From: a virus | Length of the DNA stretch: 53,317 bases | IMG/VR virus record: IMGVR_UViG_3300029248_000010 | Coordinates: 1 to 53,317 of that record | Direction: 5' to 3' (one strand) | Shown: in pieces, positions 40,296 through 49,113 of the stretch | Layout: each line of letters begins with the position of its first letter | Numbering within the stretch: position 1 is the first letter of the stretch | Made by a program: the position numbers and the translations under genes | The notes under the pieces: model-generated | The model's input: the letters and a program-made list of their open reading frames with translations, nothing else | Databases searched by the model: none | What the model was told of the DNA's origin: nothing

Positions 40296-40312
40296 GAATA
40301 CTTTTAGTATTC
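40296..40312. promoter_or_regulatory. Perfect inverted repeat GAATACT-TTT-AGTATTC in the terS leader
   Basis: Same half-sites (ATACT / AGTAT) as the 13-mer at 40257 and 47998. Confidence 0.4.
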
Positions 40313-40351
40313 AAAACATTTCGGTATTTTAGCTGATGAAGGAGGGTACGT

Positions 40352-41101
40352 ATGCCTAAGAAAAAGCCTCCCAGACCTTGGGAGCAGCCTTATGAGGAAG
40401 TTACAATCAGAGTACCAAGACACCCTGTCATTCGGTCAAGATGGATTGATGATAGACATCTTGTAGTTGACTTCAGAGGTATCCGGCTGCCAAGTAAAGT
40501 TGGCATGACTCACAATCCCGGTAGAAGAATCTACTTCTACTCTGCAGAAGATTTACAGGCCAGAATTGACGGGTACTTTGACTCTTGTAATGGTCCTATC
40601 TTTGACAAGAATGGTACTTTACAGCGGGACAAGCATGGCGAGATTCTTACGGGTCAAGTCGAGCCCTATACCATGTCAGGGTTCGCGTATCACATGGGGA
40701 TCTCTACAGGTTCAGTCTTGGCATACAGGGACGGTGACATAGACCCCATCTTGGATGAGTTAAGGTGCGACACGGATGATATGCTAACTTTCTCACGCGC
40801 ATTGACAAGAGCCAAACAAAGGATTGAGGCATACGCTGAGAAGCGCTTGTACGATCGCGACGGTGCGAATGGTGCAAGACACGTTCTGGACTGCGCTTGC
40901 GGGTCTAAGTGGGTATCCAGTAAGGAGCTTGCCGAGATCCAGAAGATCCATGCTGAGATTGCCATGAAGCGTGAGGAGTTTGAGCTCAAGAAGAAACTCC
41001 TTGAGGATTCTGGTGGTGACGATGAACTCACAATCAACATCGTTCGTGGTAGACGTAAGGACAGTACAGGTAAAGACGAGGAGGGTGGTGATGACAAATG
41101 A
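40352..41101 (+). CDS. terS: Terminase small subunit
   Basis: 249 aa; RBS GAAGGAGGG; EPYTMSGFAYHMGISTGSVLAYRDG HTH-like terS motif; directly upstream of terL. Confidence 0.7.
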   Translation: MPKKKPPRPWEQPYEEVTIRVPRHPVIRSRWIDDRHLVVDFRGIRLPSKVGMTHNPGRRIYFYSAEDLQARIDGYFDSCNGPIFDKNGTLQRDKHGEILTGQVEPYTMSGFAYHMGISTGSVLAYRDGDIDPILDELRCDTDDMLTFSRALTRAKQRIEAYAEKRLYDRDGANGARHVLDCACGSKWVSSKELAEIQKIHAEIAMKREEFELKKKLLEDSGGDDELTINIVRGRRKDSTGKDEEGGDDK

Positions 41102-41274
41102 GGGACGATGCCCTCCGCTTCTGTGAGGTGCAGCTTCGGCGCTGTAAGATCAACCTTGATGCAGCTGAAGCTCGTGGTGACACGCGAGCGGTGAGTAACT
41201 TGCAGCGCAAAATCAGCATATACACCTATTTAATAAATATATTGAACGGGGATGACATCAATGGTTGTGGATAA
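41098..41274 (+). CDS. Small ORF (58 aa) between terS and terL
   Basis: ATGA overlap with terS stop; [58 protein letters not shown]; overlaps terL start. Confidence 0.35.
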   Translation: MRDDALRFCEVQLRRCKINLDAAEARGDTRAVSNLQRKISIYTYLINILNGDDINGCG

Positions 41275-42577
41275 GGAAGTAAATCCTCGCTTTGAGTCAT
41301 TTATCTGGGACTGGGATTATAGGACTTACCTTCTGGTCGGCGGCTACGGATCCAGTAAATCTTACCACATTGCACTCAAAATCATTCTAAAGTGTCTCCA
41401 AGAGAAGAGAAAGGTGCTTGTGGTTAGAGAGGTCTTTGATACAATCCGTGACTCTTGTTATGACCTACTGGTCGAGATCTTGGAAGAGTTTGACCTTGTT
41501 GGAACAAGCAAGAATAAAGTACGCTGCTCCGTCTCCCCTATGAAGATCAGGTTCCCTAACGGGTCTGTGATTATCTTCAAGGGTATGGACAAGCCCACAA
41601 AGCTCAAGTCCATCAACGGCGTTACAATCGTCTGGTTGGAAGAGTGCTCTGAGATTAAGTATGCAGGCTACAAGGAGCTGCTCGGTCGTCTGCGTCATCC
41701 TACGTTATCTCTGCACTTTATTCTGTCCACAAATCCGGTTGGTACAGAGAACTGGGTGTATCAGCACTTCTTTAAACGACTGGACGATGAGGGCAATGAG
41801 CACATCACTCTTGATGACAAAGTCCTGTACAAGCGGCGTACGATCGTTAAGAATGGAGTGTATTATCATCACAGTGTGGCTGACGACAACCTGTTCTTAC
41901 CTCAGTCTTACATAGAGACTCTTGACCAGATGCGAGAGTATGACCCTGACTTGTACAGGATTGCCCGACTTGGCAGATTTGGTCTTAACGGTAAAAGGGT
42001 TCTGCCTCAGTTTGAGGTGGCTGCATCTCATAAGGCTGTGATGGCTGCGGTTGCAGTGATCCCAGACAAATTCAAGTTCTGTGGTATGGACTTCGGTTTT
42101 GAAGAGAGCTACAATGCTGTGGTCAAAGTTGCCGTAGACGACGTGCAAAAAATCCTTTACATTTACTACGAGTACTACCGCAACCACATGACTGATGACA
42201 AGACGGAGAAGGAGCTTAAGAAGGATGGACTTGACAAGGTTCAAATTATCGCCGACTGCGAAGATCCTAAAGCCATTGCATTCTATCGACAGTCGGGGTT
42301 TAGAATGCGTGGCTGTCACAAGTATGCAGGGTCACGACTCGCCAACACGAGGAAAGTTAAGCGTTTCCACAAGATTGTCTGCTCTCCTAACTGTCCCAAC
42401 ACGATAAGGGAGCTCAGCACACTGATCTATGCCAAGGACAAGCAGGACAACCTCATCTATGACGAGTTCAATATCGACCCGCATACGTTTTCGGCGATCT
42501 GGTACGCTTTGGATACCTATGAGGTCGCAGACGTTAAGTACATCCCGCGCAACAGTAGGAAGGGGGAAATTGCATGA
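41252..42577 (+). CDS. terL: Terminase large subunit
   Basis: 441 aa; [15 protein letters not shown] (Walker A-like), [10 protein letters not shown] (Walker B), nuclease half with IIADCEDPK; alternative start ATG 41261. Confidence 0.9.
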   Translation: MTSMVVDKEVNPRFESFIWDWDYRTYLLVGGYGSSKSYHIALKIILKCLQEKRKVLVVREVFDTIRDSCYDLLVEILEEFDLVGTSKNKVRCSVSPMKIRFPNGSVIIFKGMDKPTKLKSINGVTIVWLEECSEIKYAGYKELLGRLRHPTLSLHFILSTNPVGTENWVYQHFFKRLDDEGNEHITLDDKVLYKRRTIVKNGVYYHHSVADDNLFLPQSYIETLDQMREYDPDLYRIARLGRFGLNGKRVLPQFEVAASHKAVMAAVAVIPDKFKFCGMDFGFEESYNAVVKVAVDDVQKILYIYYEYYRNHMTDDKTEKELKKDGLDKVQIIADCEDPKAIAFYRQSGFRMRGCHKYAGSRLANTRKVKRFHKIVCSPNCPNTIRELSTLIYAKDKQDNLIYDEFNIDPHTFSAIWYALDTYEVADVKYIPRNSRKGEIA

Positions 42578-42882
42578 GCAAAGGCAAAAGACTTACCAAA
42601 GCCAAGATGGTGAGCATCACGAGGATGCTGTTTATAACTACACAGGTGTCGGCACTTGTGTGGGTATTTATCAGCTATGGGATTGCCGTGTACTCGACGG
42701 TCAAGTTACAGCAGGTCTACACCATGGCAGAGCTTTCGGAGCCCGCTATTCATACCATCTTGGGAGTGGGTATTCTTAAAGTTCTTGAAAATATCTTCGA
42801 GCACAACAATAGTAAGCTCTTTGGACAGAGTGTAGAGGAAGGGGGTATACAGTATGGATCTGATGAAGAAGCGTCTGGCTAA
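42574..42882 (+). CDS. Two-TM small membrane protein
   Basis: 102 aa; ATGA overlap with terL stop; [26 protein letters not shown] and [14 protein letters not shown]. Confidence 0.5.
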   Translation: MSKGKRLTKAKMVSITRMLFITTQVSALVWVFISYGIAVYSTVKLQQVYTMAELSEPAIHTILGVGILKVLENIFEHNNSKLFGQSVEEGGIQYGSDEEASG

Positions 42883-43054
42883 CCTGTGCAGCGTGAAGAG
42901 CATTGTGACGATCGCCGCAACCGGCGCGGTGATCTACGGTTTTGTCGTTGACAAGATTACGGGCGAGCAGCTTATGCTGATCTACAGTTCGATCATCGCA
43001 TTTTATTTTGGCACTCAATCCCAGAAGAATCAGGACATTATCGACAATAAGTAA
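42854..43054 (+). CDS. Two-TM small membrane protein (holin-like topology)
   Basis: 66 aa; RBS GGAAGGGGG; IVTIAATGAVIYGFVV and LMLIYSSIIAFYFG. Confidence 0.5.
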   Translation: MDLMKKRLANLCSVKSIVTIAATGAVIYGFVVDKITGEQLMLIYSSIIAFYFGTQSQKNQDIIDNK

Positions 43055-43071
43055 GAATAAAAAGCTCTGCC

Positions 43072-44721
43072 ATGGACAAAATGGAGGTGACTTACATGGC
43101 TACTGAACCCGTTTCTATTGATGTTACAAGACTCTTAAACATTCCCACAGGCCTCATCAAGAATGAGCTTGAGGGTCTGTATGGCTCAGCTGTTCTTAGA
43201 GATATGTACGAGATCATCAATCTTTACAGTATCTATGAGACCGGTGCGGAGTTTACCACTGACAGCAATGGAGACTATACTCCAGCTGATCTGAGGTACA
43301 AAACGTCCAGAGCGCTGTTGGACAAAGAGGCACGATTCCTGTTCTCCAAATCCCCGGACATCTGGGTTGATGTCAATCTTGGTGATTCCAAGGAAGACAG
43401 ACAGGCTGCACAGGAGGCCTCTACGATTTACCAGAACCTCGTGGATGAAGTCCTTAAGAAGAACAAGTTCAAGAGTGCACTGCTTCAGGCTGCAAAGGAC
43501 TGCTTCATCGGTAAACGTGTGGCTATGATGTACAATGTTAACGTAGACACAGGTATTCAAGTGAGTTTCCTGCCGAGCCTGGAGTTTGTGTACGATGTTG
43601 ATCCAAGTGACTACAACAAGCTCACGAAGATTGTTGCCTTTTACGGTATCAATGATGAGAAGTCCAAGCAAGATCAGCGCATTTATAAGAAGAAGTACTG
43701 GCTGGAGAACGACGTGTGCTGGTATTCTGAAGAGGTGTATGATGGCCTCGGCATTCTGGTTGAGACCATTTCTGAGCCGACCAAGACACTGTTTGAGTTC
43801 ATTCCAGCTTGCGTCATCGTAAATGATGGCCTAAGTGGTGACTTGATCGGCGTGTCTGAGATCGAGCAGCTTGCAAGTTATGAGAGCTGGTACAGTCGTC
43901 TTGCCGGTGCAGACATGGATGCTGAGCGCAAGGGCATGAATCCTATCCGTTACACGATCGATGCTTCCCCTGAGAGTACAAAGGACCTCAGTATCGCGGC
44001 GGGCGCATTCTGGGACATTGCATCTGACCAGAACAGGGCTTCTGACACGTATGCGCAGGTCGGTGTGCTGGATACTCAGATGAGTTACAGCTCTGCTCTT
44101 GCAAGTACTCTTGACCGTATCAAGAACACCATGTATGAGCAGTGCGCCGTTCCTAACGTCAGCCCCGAGGCCATGAAGGGTGTTGTCTCTTCGGGTAAGA
44201 CTCTTAAGGCTATCTACTGGGATCTGATTGTCCGCTGCGAGGAGAAGATGTTGGTTTGGCGTCCGGCGCTGGAGTTCATGGTACAGTGCATCATTGAGGG
44301 TGCTCGTCTATACCCGGAGGCAGCCAAGTTCTATATTGAGGATACCCTGCCTGACGATCAGTACTCTGTCCGTGTGGATAATCAGTATCCGCTTCCTGAA
44401 GATGAGGCCGAAGAGAAGCAGACCGACTTGTCTGAAGTTACAGCACAGACTATGTCCAAAAAAGCCTACATGAAGAAATGGCGCAACCTTACCGATGACG
44501 AGGCTGACGAAGAGCTGCGTCAGATTGCCTTGGAGCGTCAGATCCTTGAGGACAGCTACACTGGTGACACTGGTGTTGACTTTGGTGAAGAGGACACTAC
44601 TGGTGCTGAGGGTGAAGAGGGTGACTTCGGTGATGACGACATTGAGGACACTGAGCTCCCGAGTGATGTGTCTGTGGAAAAGGCTCTCAAAGAACTGGAG
44701 GAACTGTTAAATGGCGTATGA
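43072..44721 (+). CDS. Portal protein (SPP1 gp6-like)
   Basis: 549 aa; position after terL, acidic C-terminus; likely true start ATG 43096 (GGAGGTGA 5 nt upstream). Confidence 0.85.
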   Translation: MDKMEVTYMATEPVSIDVTRLLNIPTGLIKNELEGLYGSAVLRDMYEIINLYSIYETGAEFTTDSNGDYTPADLRYKTSRALLDKEARFLFSKSPDIWVDVNLGDSKEDRQAAQEASTIYQNLVDEVLKKNKFKSALLQAAKDCFIGKRVAMMYNVNVDTGIQVSFLPSLEFVYDVDPSDYNKLTKIVAFYGINDEKSKQDQRIYKKKYWLENDVCWYSEEVYDGLGILVETISEPTKTLFEFIPACVIVNDGLSGDLIGVSEIEQLASYESWYSRLAGADMDAERKGMNPIRYTIDASPESTKDLSIAAGAFWDIASDQNRASDTYAQVGVLDTQMSYSSALASTLDRIKNTMYEQCAVPNVSPEAMKGVVSSGKTLKAIYWDLIVRCEEKMLVWRPALEFMVQCIIEGARLYPEAAKFYIEDTLPDDQYSVRVDNQYPLPEDEAEEKQTDLSEVTAQTMSKKAYMKKWRNLTDDEADEELRQIALERQILEDSYTGDTGVDFGEEDTTGAEGEEGDFGDDDIEDTELPSDVSVEKALKELEELLNGV

Positions 44722-45196
44722 TCCTGTATATCAGCACGAGTACTATATGCGTCATCGCAAGCTCAAAGGTCGCAAGCGCAAAGCACAGACTCAACGGAGC
44801 AACATTACACAGAGGGTATCTTCTAAGGGTCTGACAAAGGCTTCTCGCTCCAAGTTGAAGGACTACTACCAGCAGCTCAAGGAAAATCTTGCTGACGCTA
44901 AGGCCAACATTGACGAGGCCAAGACTCAGACCATTGACCACATGAATGAGCAGATTCAGAACCAGATCGATTCTATTAAGGCCAAGATCACCAAGGGCAT
45001 GTCAAAGGAACAGAAACAAGCCCTTCGTGATCAGGTTAAGGAGCTCAGACAGACCAAAAAGGATACCAGAGCCAAGATTGTACAGACTGCAAGGGATATG
45101 TACTCCAATGCCCGTAGTGAGACCAACAAGGCATACAACGCCATGGTTGACTATCTCAAGGGCGAGGATGCTAAGACCAAGAAGTCTAAGAAATGA
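44711..45196 (+). CDS. Hypothetical basic coiled-coil protein
   Basis: 161 aa; RBS GGAGGA; K/Q/E-rich heptad-like sequence. Confidence 0.55.
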   Translation: MAYDPVYQHEYYMRHRKLKGRKRKAQTQRSNITQRVSSKGLTKASRSKLKDYYQQLKENLADAKANIDEAKTQTIDHMNEQIQNQIDSIKAKITKGMSKEQKQALRDQVKELRQTKKDTRAKIVQTARDMYSNARSETNKAYNAMVDYLKGEDAKTKKSKK

Positions 45197-45206
45197 GGTG
45201 TGACAC

Positions 45207-46793
45207 ATGGCAAAGCTCAACTTGAATACAGCACAACAGGCAAGGGTCAACCTGACTCAAAAGCAGCAAAAGCACATTGCCCAGATCTATAAAAATGCTG
45301 CCCTGTCTGTTGGTAGAAAGGCGAGGTCTTTGCCTAACACGCCGTCCTCTCCTCTGTACAAGTCCGAGCTCAACAAGCTCAAAAAGGAACTTAAAACACA
45401 ACTTACTGCTGCCGAGCAAGCTCTCAAAGGTGAGATTTATGACAACATGGAGTCGGCTGCTCAGGCAGTGGTAAAGGACAACTTACAGTTCCTTGAGAAC
45501 GTCGGTCTTACTATTGAGGGTGCTTATTACAAAGTCCCGACTGAGATTGTCAAAATGGTGGCAACTGGTCAGCTCTATGAGGGTAAGTGGTCACTGAGCC
45601 GTGCCCTCTGGAAAGACCACATGAAGACTCAGTACGACATCAACACGGTAGTTGCTACGGGTATAGCAGCTAACAAGAGCGCCTATGATATTGCTAAAGA
45701 CTTGGAGAAGTACCTCAAGCCGGATGCGAGAAAGGACTGGGACTGGAACAAAGTCTATCCCGGTACAAGGCGTAAAGTGGACTACTCTGCACAGAGGTTG
45801 GCTCGTACTATGGTATCCCATGCCTATCAACAGGCATTTGTTAGGACGACACAGAATAACCCTTTTGTGACGGAATACATCTGGTTGTCTTCTGGCGGTG
45901 AGCGGATGTGCGAGATTTGCGCTGATCGTAATGGTCAACACTATCCTAAGGACAAGCTCCCACTTGACCATCCTAATGGAATGTGTACCTTTGAGGCCGT
46001 ACTCAGTGGGAATATGGTTGACATCTCCAATAGGATTGCTGACTGGGCTTTGGGTAACACCGACTCAGACATAGACAAGTGGCTGGAGAGCATGGGGGTT
46101 GATGCAAAGAACCTTCCTGCTGTACAGCGGGCGTCCCAGATGGCTAATACAGTCAACAAGATTCCTTCTGCCGAAGATTGGATTAACATTATCAAACAGG
46201 TTGAACTCCAGGATATGCTCGACATTGAGGCAGCTAACTTTGAGAAGTTTACTGGCACAGAAAGAGATGCGCTCAGGATATATACAGGCAGCTCCTACAG
46301 ACGCTGGAACGGATACCTGAGAGGAACTCGGTCTGATCTTAAGTTTGGAGAAGAATACCTAATAGAGTCTGCAAAGCAAGCACTATCAAAGTCTGCCTTT
46401 GAACGTCCTGCCGTCCTTAGACGTGGTACAGACTTTGGTGATCTGGCTGGCCTTATCGGTGCAAAGGATTTTGACCAGACCAAGTGGGAACTTGAAAAGA
46501 TGTCTGCAAATGAGCTGAACAAGCTGTATGCAAACACTATCGGTGAGTACAAAGGCTTTACGAGCACTTCGTCTATGTGGGACAAAGGCTTTTCTGGTCC
46601 GGTTGAAGTTGTGCTCTATGCTCCAGAAGGTACACAGGCCTCGTCCATTATGGGTATTTCTCAGTTCGGCACAGCCGAGGGTGAAACTCTCCTTAATGCT
46701 GGCACAAGAGTACGAATCCTAAGGATTGAGGAATCCGATGGACACATGAGCTCTGATATTCGTATGTACTTAGAGATACTTCCACAAAAATAA
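45207..46793 (+). CDS. Head morphogenesis protein (SPP1 gp7 / Mu F-like) fused to a C3/VIP2-type ADP-ribosyltransferase domain
   Basis: 528 aa; MuF part RLARTMVSHAYQQAF...CEICADRNGQHYPKDKLPLDHPNGMCTF. ART part YTGSSYRRWNGYLRG, VLRRGTDF (Arg), GFTSTSS (STS), QFGTAEGETLLNAG (ExE). Confidence 0.85.
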   Translation: MAKLNLNTAQQARVNLTQKQQKHIAQIYKNAALSVGRKARSLPNTPSSPLYKSELNKLKKELKTQLTAAEQALKGEIYDNMESAAQAVVKDNLQFLENVGLTIEGAYYKVPTEIVKMVATGQLYEGKWSLSRALWKDHMKTQYDINTVVATGIAANKSAYDIAKDLEKYLKPDARKDWDWNKVYPGTRRKVDYSAQRLARTMVSHAYQQAFVRTTQNNPFVTEYIWLSSGGERMCEICADRNGQHYPKDKLPLDHPNGMCTFEAVLSGNMVDISNRIADWALGNTDSDIDKWLESMGVDAKNLPAVQRASQMANTVNKIPSAEDWINIIKQVELQDMLDIEAANFEKFTGTERDALRIYTGSSYRRWNGYLRGTRSDLKFGEEYLIESAKQALSKSAFERPAVLRRGTDFGDLAGLIGAKDFDQTKWELEKMSANELNKLYANTIGEYKGFTSTSSMWDKGFSGPVEVVLYAPEGTQASSIMGISQFGTAEGETLLNAGTRVRILRIEESDGHMSSDIRMYLEILPQK

Positions 46794-46796
46794 TGC

Positions 46797-46825
46797 TTGC
46801 TTTTTGCAAGAAGATGATATATAAT
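46797..46825 (+). promoter_or_regulatory. Sigma-A-like promoter (TTGCTT-17-TATAAT)
   Basis: TTGCTT 46797-46802, TATAAT 46820-46825, directly after the ART gene stop. Confidence 0.6.
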
Positions 46826-46854
46826 GATTTTATCAATTATAAGGAGGTTACAAC

Positions 46855-47079
46855 ATGAGTGCTAAGAAAAGCTCTGACAAGAGCATGAAGCAGCGTATCG
46901 CATCTGAGGCTCGGGCTTGCGTGCGTATCACCAACAGGGATCTCGTTTGTAAGGACTGTGGGTACAGGTTCCCTGACAACAAGGTCTTTGGCAATACTGC
47001 TCGCTGTAAGAAATTTACCCTGAAGCCGACTAAAGTCTTGGGAGGAGGATCCTGTGATGAATACCTTAAAGTACGATAA
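46855..47079 (+). CDS. Small zinc-ribbon protein
   Basis: 74 aa; RBS TAAGGAGGT; CKDCGYRF...CKKF...CDEY. Confidence 0.55.
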   Translation: MSAKKSSDKSMKQRIASEARACVRITNRDLVCKDCGYRFPDNKVFGNTARCKKFTLKPTKVLGGGSCDEYLKVR

Positions 47080-47908
47080 AGTCCTTGGAGCTCTGTACGG
47101 GTTCGCTATCGGTGACGCCATGGGTGCTACCACTGAGTTCATGACTGCTTCTGCCATCCATGCTCAGTATGGTCAGGTTGATCAGATTATCGGTGGCGGT
47201 TGGCTGCACCTTAAAGCTGGAGAGGTCACTGATGATACTCAGATGACCTTGTGTGTAGCTGACGCTATTATGGATAACTGGCCTAACGAGGATGCTGTTA
47301 TGCAAGGTATCTGCATCAACTTTGAGAACTGGCTCACTACCAAGCCGAAGGACGTGGGTAATACCTGTTTCTGGTCTATTATCCGTAACGAGGGTAAACC
47401 TTGGAAGGACTGGTCTTGGAACAACGAGTTCAGTCAGAAGTCCTGTAAGGTTCAAGACCTCGGTAACGGTGGCCTAATGAGATGTCTCGTACCGTGTCTG
47501 ATGGGTCAGGAGGAGCTGGCTGTCATGCAGTCTCGGCTTACCCACGCCAATGACATCTGTGATTATGCAGTCCGGCAATACTACCACGCTCTATGGACGT
47601 GCCTTACCAAACTCGCCCCGAGCAGTACTCTACCACCGCTGACCAAGACTACTCCCACCGGTCACGTGGAAAATACTCTCCGGAATGCCATCTGGTGGAA
47701 CCGAGGCTGGCTCACATTCCGGGACACCATCATCGCGGCGGTGAATGACGGCGGCGACGCGGACACTATCGCGGCGCTGGCGGGCGGTTTAGCTGGAGCT
47801 CGGTGTGGGTATACCCAGATCCCGTCGGAGTGGCTGAGCGTCCTTCAGAGGACGAAGAGAGACCATTTGAAACGGGTGGCCGACTTCATCGTCGAAAACG
47901 CCGGGTAA
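47057..47908 (+). CDS. ADP-ribosylglycohydrolase (ARH/DraG family)
   Basis: 283 aa from ATG 47057 (GGAGGAGGA upstream); LGALYGFAIGDAMGATTEF, VTDDTQMTL, GGDADTIAALAGGLAGARCGYTQIPSEW. Confidence 0.88.
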   Translation: MNTLKYDKVLGALYGFAIGDAMGATTEFMTASAIHAQYGQVDQIIGGGWLHLKAGEVTDDTQMTLCVADAIMDNWPNEDAVMQGICINFENWLTTKPKDVGNTCFWSIIRNEGKPWKDWSWNNEFSQKSCKVQDLGNGGLMRCLVPCLMGQEELAVMQSRLTHANDICDYAVRQYYHALWTCLTKLAPSSTLPPLTKTTPTGHVENTLRNAIWWNRGWLTFRDTIIAAVNDGGDADTIAALAGGLAGARCGYTQIPSEWLSVLQRTKRDHLKRVADFIVENAG

Positions 47909-47936
47909 AAATGAAAAATATTTTTCTCAATCTTGT

Positions 47937-47966
47937 AAAGCCCCTGAAAAAGGGGCTTTACTTTTT
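47937..47966 (+). terminator. Rho-independent terminator whose 3-prime arm and T tract overlap the next -35 box
   Basis: aaagcccct-gaaaa-aggggcttt then actttttc. Confidence 0.75.
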
Positions 47967-47985
47967 CGAAAACATATAGTATAAT
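47957..47985 (+). promoter_or_regulatory. Sigma-A-like promoter (TTTACT-17-TATAAT), twin of 40244-40272
   Basis: GGGCTTTACTTTTTCGAAaACaTATAGTATAATAT versus GGGCTTTACTTTTTCGAAtACtAATAGTATAATAT. Confidence 0.7.
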
Positions 47986-47997
47986 ATTTCCGGAAAT

Positions 47998-48010
47998 ATA
48001 CTAATAGTAT
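47998..48010. promoter_or_regulatory. Palindromic 13-mer ATACTAATAGTAT just downstream of the -10 box
   Basis: Identical to 40257-40269. Confidence 0.45.
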
Positions 48011-48044
48011 TATTTTCACATATAAATAAAGGAGGCGTCGATTC

Positions 48045-48443
48045 ATGACGAATATCACACACTGTGACCTCTGTCGGGGGGAGATTCAGGTCACCCCTCA
48101 GGTTCTCGAGGAGAAGCAGCTCACCCTCCAGCTAAAGAACGGTGCTGAGTGTAAGTGCGACGTGACGTTCGTAAACTGCCCACACTGCGGTAAGTCCTAC
48201 GCGGTGATCGTGGACGACTGGGAGACCAAGGAGCTACTGAGTTCGGTAAAGTGGCTGTACCTTAGAAAGCTCAACTATCTTAACAGACACAAGCCTGTGC
48301 CCAAAAAGCTCCAGGACCAGCTCCTCAAACTCAATAGGAAATTAGACTTCAAGCGTGAACAACACGCTCCGGAGTTTAATGAAGCCGTTTACCAGCTTGA
48401 CGGCAATACATATCAACTGGATTATCGCTACCATGTGCGATGA
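48045..48443 (+). CDS. Hypothetical zinc-ribbon protein
   Basis: 132 aa; RBS AAAGGAGG; CDLCRG...CPHCG. Confidence 0.55.
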   Translation: MTNITHCDLCRGEIQVTPQVLEEKQLTLQLKNGAECKCDVTFVNCPHCGKSYAVIVDDWETKELLSSVKWLYLRKLNYLNRHKPVPKKLQDQLLKLNRKLDFKREQHAPEFNEAVYQLDGNTYQLDYRYHVR

Positions 48444-48468
48444 ACATGGATATTGTAAGGAGGAACCT

Positions 48469-49113
48469 ATGGAAAAGTATCTGACTACACTCAAAGGCAT
48501 CGGTCTTCAGCTCTTTGCTGATCCCCCTGCAGACCCTCCGGCCGATCCACCCGCCGATCCTCCGGCTGACCCGCCTCAGGATCCCCCTGCTGGTAAGACT
48601 TACACGCAGGAGCAGATCAATGCAATGATGGCGAATGAGAAGCGAACGGCTCGTCAGGCTCTGCTCAAGGATTTGGGTATTGAGCTCAAGGATGAGAAAG
48701 CCTACAAGCAGACGGTCGCCGACCTCAAGAAAACCCTTGACGCCGGTAAGACTCAGGCTCAGCTTGATGCTGAAGCCAAGAAAGCTGCTGAGACTGCTCG
48801 TGATGAGGCCAACGCCAAAGCATCCAGACTCGAAATGCAGGTTGCAGCCCTCAAGGCGGGTGTTAATCCTGATTCGGTTGAAGATGTCATTACCTTGGCT
48901 CTTGGCAAGGTCAATGATAACACCACCATCGAACAGGTGCTTACCAGTCTCAAGGAAAAGTACCCCGCGTTCTTTGGTGAAGACAAGGGTGGCTCAGGTA
49001 CTGGAGGCTCCACGAATCCCAAGCGTAAACAGTCCGCTGGAGCGGAAGGTCTTGGCCAGAGACTTGCCAAGGCACACAAAACCAGTGTGAAGAGTAGCTA
49101 CTTCACAAAATAA
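48469..49113 (+). CDS. Capsid scaffolding protein (DUF4355-like)
   Basis: 214 aa from ATG 48469 (RBS TAAGGAGGA); GLQLFAD start motif, (ADPP)5-QDPP, long coiled coil, position before decoration/capsid genes. Confidence 0.7.
   Translation: MEKYLTTLKGIGLQLFADPPADPPADPPADPPADPPQDPPAGKTYTQEQINAMMANEKRTARQALLKDLGIELKDEKAYKQTVADLKKTLDAGKTQAQLDAEAKKAAETARDEANAKASRLEMQVAALKAGVNPDSVEDVITLALGKVNDNTTIEQVLTSLKEKYPAFFGEDKGGSGTGGSTNPKRKQSAGAEGLGQRLAKAHKTSVKSSYFTK
48517..48588 (+). repeat. Six tandem 12-nt units encoding ADPP x5 plus QDPP
   Basis: gctgatccccct gcagaccctccg gccgatccaccc gccgatcctccg gctgacccgcct caggatccccct; units differ mainly at synonymous positions. Confidence 0.9.
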
